64,000 nt of DNA from contig CM059432.1 of NCBI GenBank assembly GCA_030390025.1, positions 101,930,001 through 101,994,000 of the forward strand. The letters are read 5' to 3'. The DNA comes from Squalus acanthias. Taxonomy: Eukaryota. The position numbers were made by a program, and so were the translations under genes. Shown in pieces: positions 34,006 to 44,035 of the stretch (position 1 is its first letter; every line of letters begins with the position of its first letter). A model generated the notes under the pieces. That model saw only the letters and a list, made by a program, of their open reading frames with translations. It was not told the origin of the DNA and did no database searches.

Positions 34006-34546
34006 GGGATAGAAATTGAACCTTGTTGCACCCATTTTATGCCCATGAAATGGGCAATATGACAGACAATTTCAGGGACCAATGCCCCATGCCCAAAGGA
34101 TGTCTGAAAGACACCCGACCCGTTTATTGGCTTGAGCCATTCTTCAGGCGTCCCTGTCGGCTGCCTAAATCAGGTGTTAGGCCCTTTACATATGTAAATG
34201 AGGGGCCTATCGCCTACTTCCCCGTGGAAAACTGAACATCACAAATCGAAGCTGCTCTAGATTCTTCAGCGGCTGCCACCAAAAGATAAGTTTTGAAGAA
34301 ATAGTTTTTTTTTTAAATGCTGCTGTGAGCCAGGAGGAGTTGGAGTACTCCCTGACTCCATAATATTCCGATCGCACCCCACCATTGCCATTCCACCACT
34401 GCCTTGCAGGACTTGCCTATGGAATGCTGCCAGCATGGCATGTGGCTCAATATTCATTTTCTTCAAATGGGCGAGCTGGAGGCATCTGGAACCTTGGTGA
34501 ACGACAGGACCAACAGTCCATCTCCTTAACCAATAAAATTTAGGTC
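34006..34546. mobile_element. Decayed Harbinger-type MITE
   Basis: Ends GGGATAGAAATT / AAAATTTAGGTC; body resembles the other MITEs. Confidence 0.45.
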
Positions 34547-34789
34547 ACGTCTATTTCCAACACCAGATTTCTGATTGGTCACCTTGGAGGACAAGACCTG
34601 ATTTCTGATTGGTCCCCTTGGAGGACAAGACACACCCAGCAGTTTATCTGCAATGTGTAAGTAGATCCTGCCTAAGTAATCAAGTACTTTGCAAAGTGTA
34701 ATTTGAGCCATTCTGACTGCCAGGCTCCAGACAGAACAGAGCTCACATAGAACAGACAGGGCTCACTCTCACGGGTTAAGACCTTCTTT

Positions 34790-35197
34790 CTTCCCCCAAT
34801 CTAGTTCCTGCCGCCCCAACAAGTTCTTAACCCTCCTCCCAGCCACTATTTTCTGACTATTTCCCTCCCAACAAGTTCCTGACCTTCTCCCCCTGCCCAA
34901 GTTCCTGACCTCCTCCACCCCAAGTTTCTTACCTCCCCTCCCCACCCAAGTTCCTGACCATACCCCCCCGCCGAGTTCCTGACCTTCTCCCCACCCCGAG
35001 TTCCTGACCTTCTTCCCCCCGCCCAAGTTCCTGACCTCCCCCCAAGTTCCTGACCTTCTCTCCCTGCCCAAGTTCCTGATGTTCCCCCTCCCACCGAGTT
35101 CCTGACCTTTTCCCCCACCCAAGTTCCTGACCTCCCCCCCCCCAAGTTTCATACCTCCCCTCCCCACCCAAGTTCCTGACCATAACCCCCCGCCGAG
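34790..35197. repeat. C-rich (minus-strand G-rich) ~23-bp minisatellite; resumes at 37076-37125
   Basis: Units CC(A/G)AGTTCCTGACCTTCTCCCCC with a ~220-bp higher-order duplication. Confidence 0.9.
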
Positions 35198-37075
35198 TGG
35201 GGGTGTGATTGGAAGAACGCGATCCGTCTTACCATCTGGATCACGTTTTTGCTCTCATCCCCACCTTTAGACCTGGATCATCTTCTTTCCCCATCCCCAC
35301 TGTGCTCTCCATGCTCTTTACCCCTGTAAAGTTCGCAATTATCGCGATTCGAAATAACGAGAGAGAAACAGATTCGTTTAATCAGTTTATTTAAACGAAA
35401 TGCTGTCATGATTAAAACGGACATAGAAGCCTGTAAAATGGCCGCCGCGCATCGTGACAGAAGCTTCCAGAATTTTCAGTGGGCAGACAAGATGGCGTTC
35501 GAATAAACATTTCAGTACAAGATTGGATAATACTCTGCAAACACTGATAAGGACAGGATGCAACCTGTTTGCATTCGAAACAATAGCATAAGATATGAGT
35601 GCTGGAATCGGTTTTCCATGCACAAGTAAGGTTCATTGTACTGGGCAATCGTGGGCCCATCCAGACGCATCAATCCACAACTGCCCCACGGCTCTACAAT
35701 GAGAGAGCCATTCTCGGGTGATTAAACAAGTATTCGGGGGCCCCCAAAACCAGTCAGGGAGACGATTCATACGATCCTGGCTGGGCTGACAATGGGGAAA
35801 ACATTAACGGGTAGTTGGCCAGTTTTCAGGTGCTACCGAAACCCATTACAGACAAGAATCGCCCCATGCTGGGAGTTTTGAGCGCCAATTTTTCACAAAG
35901 GACAAACATTAAGATTTGGGCGGGAGATAAGGATACACAGCACTATAACTATAGTGAACAAATGTCCATCGGTCTCTTGTTCTCTTATCTCGCTGCTGAC
36001 TGCTGAACTCTTATTCTCTTGATTCGACTCTTACTCTCCGAACTCTTGTTTGGACCCGCTGCGGATTGCTGAAGCTCTTTTGAGGGCTGGACATCGTTGT
36101 TTTCTAGCCGTACCTGGTCGGTTATTCGAATGTTGGGTGAAGCTCAAACGGAACGAGCCGCCTCAACAAAGGCAAGTGACCGGGTGCACCATCCCGAGAG
36201 TCGGTAAACGGTGTCTGGACCCGAAGGCCCGAAGAAACAAGACGAGACGAGAAGAAGAAGAAGCCACGTGCCGCCGCGGTCACTAAATCCCGACCGCGCC
36301 CGAAAATATATGGACCATTTTTGAACTCTACCGGTAAAGACTCTCTTTTGAATTTTTCCGGTAACTGGTGTCGGTCTAGGAGACTCTTCTTCGAATTCTA
36401 TCGACAACTGGTGTCGGTCCAGGAAGACTTTTCTTTGAGTTCTACAGCCGGGCCCGAGTCCTGTCGAGATCTTCATGACAACGGGGAGCCTGGCCTGCTT
36501 GCCCCAGCAGAGGAGATAAACAAGTGGCGTACAGAGACCCCTCCAAACACGTGACGGTCAAGCGCTGCAGCGAAACGAGCCGAGCGCCTCAATTTAAAAT
36601 CCTCCGAAGTATCCCGAGTGGTGAGCATGTTTCCCGATCCTACAAATCTAGATATAGTGTAGGGATTGATAGGGGAGGGTGGTTTTTATTAAGGATAAAG
36701 TATAATGTGTTCCCCTTTCTACGATGTGCCGTGCGTTCTTCATTACCACAGAACAAGCTTTATGAATGTATGTATACTTGTACTATCGTTAATTTGTGCC
36801 TATGACATGTACTTCATGATTTTAGACGCTATGCAATAAAGATTTCCATTTCGTACTATTCAACCGGGTCTATTTGAGTTTTCTCTGCATTACTGCTCTC
36901 GCACCTAAGTCCAGCGTTAGAACCGTAAGGGCGAGTGGGTCGAACCACTCACAGGTGCTTATTGCAACAAGGCTGGCCGGAGACCAGAGCAAGCAATAGT
37001 ATTAGGCAACGAAGGCCTAACCCCGCACCAGCACCGGCTGCGATACAAGCGCGACGCAAACCCCTTACACCCCCA
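35198..37075 (+). mobile_element. Long solo-LTR-like insertion (1878 bp)
   Basis: TGGGGGTGTGA..TTACACCCCCA inverted termini, 5-bp TSD CCGAG/CTGAG, AATAAA at 36835-36840, CT-rich tract, 43-bp internal repeats. Confidence 0.75.
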
Positions 37076-37109
37076 CTGAGTTCCTGACCTTCTCTCCCCC
37101 CGAGTTCCT

Positions 37110-37345
37110 TTACCTCCTCTTCCTTTCCCTCTGATCCTCTCTCTCTCCCCTCCAATCCCCTTTCACTTTCCCCCCTCCTCTCTCTCTCCCCACTCCGATC
37201 CTCTCTCACTTCCCCCTCTCACTCCCCTCTCTCTCTCCCCCTTCTCTCTCTCTCCCCTCCTCTCTCTCCTGCTCCGATCCCCTCTCTCTGTCCCCCCTCT
37301 GATCCTCCTTCTCTTTCTCCCCTTTTGATCCTCTCTCTAGCCCTC
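37110..37345. repeat. Polypyrimidine (CT-rich) low-complexity tract
   Basis: Imperfect (CT)n/(CCT)n for ~230 bp. Confidence 0.9.
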
Positions 37346-37379
37346 AACCCCCCCACCCCACCCCGGTCACCAACAGATC

Positions 37380-37530
37380 TAGTGACCACCTCCTTACAGA
37401 GCCGAGGAAAGCGTGGCCCATGGTGCAGACCGTAACTTTGGTAAACAGCACGCATGCGCAGAGGGGGATCGGGTGCGCATGCTCCGGGATACCGCGCGCA
37501 TGCGCAGAAGGCCGCAAAGATGTTTGTGCA
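37380..37530. promoter_or_regulatory. Candidate CpG-rich housekeeping-type promoter with three NRF1-like motifs
   Basis: GCGCATGCGC-type sites at ~37449-37460, ~37474-37485 and ~37495-37506, not inside a recognisable TIR element. Confidence 0.65.
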
Positions 37531-37539
37531 GATAATCAC

Positions 37540-38120
37540 AGCGTAAAATTTAAGGATAGAGAAAGAAACAGAGGAACAACGGAAAAGGGAACAGCGTGAA
37601 TTGGAGTCAAATTAAGTACAGAATGAGAAATAAAGAGAAAGAAAGAAATATTGGATTAGGAGACAGATAGAAAAAAAGAGACAGAAAGGAAAAGTAAGAA
37701 AGAAATTAAAAAAAAATAACTTTTAAATTTTAAAAGCCTCTAAAAACAATTTACTACCTGCAGGAATGAGACTCCACAGTTTCAATTGCTCCCTTTCTGG
37801 GCCATAGAGGTTGAGTGGCATTGCAGAACCTTAAATCTCATCATTAAAAGGGTCCTTATGCTGTTAAGTACCAGTCTTAACTTTCTACGTTTAAATTCAT
37901 ACTTAATGTGCAAATGCAGCAATGTCTTGAACCTCACAGGGAGGTTGACGACGAGCTGCCATTTTCGTGAGGCTAACAGCGGACTGGTACAATTCGTCCA
38001 GCAATTTATGGCGATTCACAACTCACTGGGTATTTCTTCCTCCCTACAAATTGCTGGACAATTTACACACTAATAACAGCGTGTGCATTAAACTCATTGT
38101 TATTTTCCGAGCAAATTGAA
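37540..38120. mobile_element. Probable non-autonomous DNA transposon fragment
   Basis: Purine-rich tract followed by internal inverted motifs (TCCAGCAATTT / AAATTGCTGGA). Confidence 0.45.
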
Positions 38121-38381
38121 AAGATATCGATGTTCTGTTTATTTCATACTTTTAACTTATTTAATTAATATCGCAACTTTTGAATGATTCAGAGGTATTG
38201 CTGGAGTGTTTCTCATGAACCCATTTCAGCATTGATCCCACATTTCTATTGTCATTTGCAAATTGGATCACTTCCCATTTACAGTACAATTTCATAATTG
38301 ACATTAACAATAACAATCAATTATAAAGTAAAATCAAATGGATTCTATAAGACTTGTGGTCTCCAAGAATTCAATGCAGGC

Positions 38382-38384
<3 letters not shown>

Positions 38385-38414
<30 letters not shown>

Positions 38415-38997
38415 AAAGAAACATTAGTTTATAAAGCACATTTCACAACTTCACTTTACAACCAATGAAGTACTTTTGAAGTGTAGTCACTGTTGTAATG
38501 TAGGGAAACATGGCAGTCAGGTCCCACACACAGCAATTAAATAAATGACCTGATCATCTGTTTTAGGTGTTGGTTGAGGGATAAGTATTGGCTAGGACAC
38601 TGGGGGAATTCCCCTGCTCTTCTTCGAATAGTGCTATGGGATCTTTTCTGTCCACCTGAGAGGGTAGATGGGGCCTTGGTTTAACATCTCATCTGAAAGG
38701 CACCAATAGTGTAGCACTACCTCAGTAAAAAGGAAGAAAGATAGATTTGCATTTATCGAACTCAGGACGCCCCAAACCCCTTTACAGCCAATTAAGTAAT
38801 TTTGAAGTCTACTCACTGTTGTAATGTAGGAAATGCGGCAGCCAATTTGTGCACAGCAAGGTCCCACAAACAGCAATGCGATAATGAGCAAATCACCTGT
38901 TTTAGATCTTCGTTAAGGGTAAATATTGTACAGGACACTGGAGAAAACTTCCTTGCTCTTCGAAATCGTGCTGTGGGATCTTTTACGTCCACCTGAG
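38385..38997 (-). mobile_element. Two adjacent SacSINE1-like fragments with a (GAAA)n microsatellite at 38385-38420
   Basis: Deu-domain and tail matches to 20187-20645. Confidence 0.85.
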
Positions 38998-39154
38998 ATG
39001 ACACATTTGTGAAGGATCACACAGGAAGCAGTATAAGTGAAGCATCAGATTGCTGAAGCAAAGTGCAGCCTGTGTGTCAGTGTCCCCATTACGTCAAATA
39101 AAGGAAACAAAACAAACTATTTACTATTACCTTCCTTACTGGCAGAAATAGAAC

Positions 39155-39253
39155 CTGAAAGGTCATCGACCTGAAACGTTAACTCTGTTTCTCTCTCCAC
39201 AGATGCTGCCTGACCTGCTCAGTGTTTCCAGCATTTCCTATTTTTATACCAGA
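39155..39253 (+). mobile_element. PLE 3'-region fragment with truncated hammerhead
   Basis: TGA-A-AGGTC/atc/GACCT-GAA-ACGT-T-AACT followed by the same downstream sequence as 1482-1547. Confidence 0.8.
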
Positions 39254-39619
39254 GAATCTTATAGCACAGAAGGAGGCCATTTGGCCCATCGTACCTTTGC
39301 CGGCTCTTTGAAAGAGCTGTCTAATTGTGTCCCACACCCCACCTTTTTCCCGAAAAACCCTGCAAATTAGTCCTCTCAAGTACATGTCCAATTACTTTTT
39401 GAAAGTTCCAATGGAACCTTTCAGGGCAGGCATTCCAGATTTCAACAACCCTCTGTGTGAAAATAATTCTCCTCATTTCCCCTCTGACAGTGCAGCACTC
39501 CTTCAGCACTGAATCCAGCACCCTGGGGTATGTGCTCAAGTCTCTGGAGTGGGGTTTGAAGCAGTATTTGCAGTTCAATCCCAGGGACAATAAACTAAAC
39601 AAAAAACAGGGGTATTCAT

Positions 39620-40122
39620 TACGCCATATTATAAAAAGGATATAGAGGCACTGGAGAGAGTAGAAAAAAGATTTACAGGGATGATACCAGAAATGCGAGG
39701 GAATACCTATCAGGAAAGGATGAACAGGCTGGGTCTCTTTTCTCATGAAAAGAGAAGGCTGAGGGGTGACCTAATAGAGGTCTTTAAAATTATGAAAGGT
39801 TTGTGGGGAATAGCAAAACTAGAGGCCATCAATATAAGATAGTCACCAAGAAATTAAATAAGGAATTCAGAAGGAACTTCTTTACCCAGAGAGTGGTGAG
39901 AATGTGGAACTCGCTATCACAGGGAGTGGTTGAAGCGAATAGTATAGATGCATTTAAGGAGAGGCTAGATAAGCATACGAGGGAGAAGGGAATAGAGGAT
40001 TATACTGATAGATTTAGATGAGGAAAGACGGGAGGAGGCTCGACTGGAGCATAAACGCTGGCATGGACTGGTTGGGCTGAATGGCCTGTTTCTGTGCTGC
40101 ATATCCTATGTAATCTTATGTA
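39620..40122 (+). mobile_element. CR1 LINE 3' end (other CR1 pieces at 39253-39480 and 40150-40410, minus strand)
   Basis: TRGHQYKIVTK..RNFFTQRVVRMWNSL; highly similar to 43350-43880. Confidence 0.9.
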
Positions 40123-41554
40123 GTTCTTTCATCAATTATTTTAAATCTATAGCAACCTGCTTGCCAGAGGATACAGTTTTTCCCTACTTGCTCTATCAAA
40201 ACCCCTCATAAGTTTGAATCCCTCTATTAGGTCTCCCCTTAACCTTCTTGGCTCTAAGGGAAACAATCCCAGCTTTGCCAATCTCTCCACATAACTGAAG
40301 GCCCTCAATCCTGGTACCATCCTGATAAACCTCCTCTGTACCCGCTCCAGGGCATTGACATCCTTCCTAATATGTGGTGTCCAGAATTGTACCAAAATAC
40401 TCCAGCTCAGGCTCTGTAACAACAATAATTTTTGTTTTATTGTAAGATGAGTTTTAATATACACCAAACATTTTTTAACATTGTGTGTTAATATTTACCG
40501 TATGCATCTATTTACAAGTGAACCAAGCTATCATTAGTTGTGACCGTGTGACTCTCATGATGTAGAAATTGCAAACCGCCAAGAAGTCAAAATTAAAAGG
40601 ACACCCACAACTTGAAAATAGACAAGACAACTTAGGAGAACTTTTCACATTTTCCAGACTTTCACCTTTGTATTTTCAGACTGAAACCAAAGCACCAAAC
40701 AACAACAAAGGATTCAACTCCCATTTGCAACCATAAATAATGTGAACTTAGATTTCTTAGCTTACATGCTCTTGGGTTTCATTTATTTCAAAATGCTTGA
40801 AATGCTAATTTCCTGCAAGTAAAAATGTGGGCGGATATCAGAGTTAAATCTTCAGTGGAGAGAAAAAACATCACTGCCATCAGCCCACCTGCTTCCTACC
40901 TACCGTTTTTAATTGCATATGCACCAATATGCACAGATTTATATAATAATGAGAGCAGGAGCCTGAATGATAACAATCTGGTTAAAATCACTCATGGACA
41001 GATGAGACAATAGTGGGAGGAAGGGTAGGAGTTAGCTCATTTTGCCCTTCATTTGATGGTGACCGCCCCACAATATAAAAGAAACAGTCTCATCATTAGG
41101 AGGTGGCACTTGCATATGTCCAGCCCTGAATTTTGAGTTATGGTTCTGAGTATAAACAAGGTATGAAACCACACCTTACACCATCAACCATCCATTGGTC
41201 AAGTGCAACAAAATCTGGAAATGCAAAACATTTGGGAATGGAAAGACCTGGAGTCTGTTAGTGTACCACATGTTGCATCCTGCAGTGCTGAACAACTGGC
41301 TTCAACCCACAATCTCTATACAGTGAGCTCCCTGTCTTTGCTGGATGCAGCAAATGAGGTCCAGGTGCTTCCTTCCAGGACATTTTAGAACATCACTATT
41401 TTAACTTATGGTCGAATTGGTTAGCTGGATTAAGACAGTCAAATTTACACTTTCCAAAAGATATGGGAAAAGCGTCATTTTGTACCCTTCAGGTAAAAAT
41501 CAGGGTTCAGACACCAAAAGAGTAATTACCCTAGAGAAATGAGTAATTACCCTA

Positions 41555-43880
41555 GTCAGAAACGAGAGAATTTATAATGGGAAACAAGGAAATGGCGGAG
41601 CAATTAAACAAATACTTTGGTTCTGTCTTCACGGAAGAGGACACAAATAACTTCTGAGAAATGCTAGGGAACCAAGGGTCTAGTGAGGAGGAGGAATGAA
41701 AGGAAATTAGTATTAGTAAAAAAATAATGCTGGAGAAATTAATGGACTGAAAGCCGATAAATCCCCAGGGCCTGATATATGGGCCAGAAATTCGGCTGTT
41801 GTCGGGTGAGTACGCGCTGTGTACTCACCCGTAAGGCCATCTGAAGTGCTGGTTTCCTGCATGCACTGCGCATGCGCGGGAAACCGGAACTTCCGTTCCC
41901 CTGAAGGGAGGGGTTCAGAAGTCGAACGCGTGCGCGGGAGAGGCTGCGCGCACTGCAGCGAACTTCAGTTTTTTTTCAGGTTTCTCCGGGAAGGTAAGTA
42001 TGAAGAAGCTGTGCTTTTAAAAAGGAGGCACAAGGCCTGTTTTTAAAGGTAAGTGGTTAATTAATTACAATTTAAAAACATTTTCAACAGGTTTATCTTT
42101 TTTAGATACTTTAAAGAAAGGTAAGTTTATTTTTAGCACCGTTACAAAGTATAATTAATTTTTTCAAAAATTTAAATTTTTGTTTAAAGTAGTTAATTTA
42201 TTTAACTTATAGTTATTTTAAAAATGTGATTTTTTTTTTCAATTTATTTGAAGTTTAAGTGTGGTTTTGGGGCCGATCTCTATTCATAGATTTGACAGGT
42301 CTTCCTGTCAAATCTATGAATGAAAATGCCCTGCTAGGATTGGCTCTCCATGGCCCACGTAATCCCAGGGGATGCTTCGAACTAACTGCGCCCCTGGGAT
42401 ACACAAGCACTGCACGCCGGCAGCTGGAGGAGGCCCAGGACCCGAAGTCCTTGTGGGCCCAAAGCACAACTGCAGGCAGCGGTAGGCAAGTACGCGCGTG
42501 ATGCTTGCACCCGCAGGAAGTGTGAAAGCCGAATTTCTGGCCCAATCTGCATCCCAGAGTACTAAAAGAGGTAGCCATGGAAATAGTGGATGGATTGGTT
42601 GTCATCTTCCAAAATTCTATAGATTATGGAACAGTTCCTGTAGATTGGAGGGTGGCAAATGTAACCCCACTATTTAAAAAAGGAGGGAGAGAGAAAACAG
42701 GGAACTACAGACCGGTTAGCCTAACATCAGTAGTAGGGAAAATGCGAGAGTCTATTATAAAGGATGTGATAACAGGACACTTACAAAATATCAATGGGAC
42801 TAGACAAAGTCAACATGGATTTATGAAAGGGAAATCGTGTTTACAAACCTACTGGAGTTCTTTGAGGATGTAACTGGTAGAATTGATAAGGGAGAACCAA
42901 TGGATGTGGTGTATTTGGATTTTCAGAAGGCCTTTGATAAAGTCCCACATAAGAACTGCGTTCATTGAACATGCAACCTCTGTAGCTGGTCCAGGGCAGA
43001 TTCCAAACCTCCTTCATTCTCGTGCAGTGAGGATTGTGATGGGTGTTCTTGGGATGGGTGATTGAGATCGAGATAAATGTGAGGTTTTACATTTTGGTAG
43101 GAAGAATAAGGAGGTCACTTATCACTTGGAGGGTGCGAGTCTAGGTTGGGTAGAGGAACAAAGGGATCTCAGAGTACAAATACATAAATCACTAAAAGTT
43201 GCAACACAGGTTAGAAAGGCCATAAAAAAAAGCAAACCAAGCACTAGGGTTTATTTCTAGAGGGACAGAATTGAAAAGTAGGGAAGTTATGCTAAACCTT
43301 TATCGAACCTTGGTCAGACCACACTTGGAGTACTGCGTACAGTTCTGGTCGCCATATTATAAAAAGGATATAAAGGCACTGGAGAGGATGCAGAGAAGAT
43401 TTACAAGGATGATACCAGAAATGCGAGGGTATACATATCAGGAAAGGATGAACAGGCTGGGTCTCTTTCCTCTTGAAACAAGAAGGCTGAGAGGTGACCT
43501 AATAGAGGTCTTTAAAATTCTGAAAGGTTTTGATAGAGGAGATAGAGAGAGAATGTTTCCACTTGCGAGAAGAGCATAACTAGAGGCCATCAATATAAGA
43601 TAGTCACCAAGAAATCCAAAAGGGAATTCAGAAGAAACTTCTTTACCCAGAGAGTGGTGAGAATGTGGAACTCGCTACCACAGGGATTGGTTGAAGTGAA
43701 TAGTATGGATGCATTTAAGGGGAGGCTAGATCAGCATATGAGGGAGAAGGGAATAGAGGGTTATGCTGATGGATTTAGATGAGGAAAGGCGGGAGGAGGC
43801 TCGAGTGGAGCATAAACGCCGGCATGGACTGGTTGGGCCGAATGGCCTGTTTCTGTGCTGTATATCCTATGTAATCTTAT
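41555..43880 (+). mobile_element. CR1 ORF2 fragments and 3' end, interrupted by a MITE
   Basis: KSPGPD/LHPRVLKE split by the [41 protein letters not shown]. Confidence 0.9.
41781..42543. mobile_element. PIF/Harbinger-type MITE
   Basis: TIRs GGGCCAGAAATTCGGC / GCCGAATTTCTGGCCC; interrupts the CR1 RT. Confidence 0.9.
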
Positions 43881-43892
43881 AAAGTGAAAATG

Positions 43893-43975
43893 ACCTCCAA
43901 TGTAGAGAAAGTCATCTCCAAAGTATTGGAAACCACTCCAAAGTTGTAGAAACCACCTCCAAAGTTTTAGAAATC
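43893..43975. repeat. ~21-bp tandem repeat, 4 copies
   Basis: Variants of ACCTCCAAAGTTGTAGAAACC. Confidence 0.75.
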
Positions 43976-44035
43976 GCCTGTAAATTACTGAAAGCAAACT
44001 ATCAGAACAAATGCTGTGAGCAAATGCCTTTCATT

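Noticed and set aside
34769..35183. Gly-rich minus-strand ORFs, or a CRISPR-like repeat array
   Set aside because: Minisatellite with poly-C linkers and no unique spacers; vertebrate DNA with no cas genes
35206..36953. Alternative LTR boundaries TGA..CA with 4-bp TSD GGTG
   Set aside because: 35198-37075 gives longer inverted termini and restores the host minisatellite unit; the GGTG match is likely chance
35198..37075. Transib/RAG-like transposon suggested by the 5-bp GC-rich TSD
   Set aside because: Termini are TG..CA, not CAC..GTG, and no RSS-like heptamer/nonamer or transposase is visible
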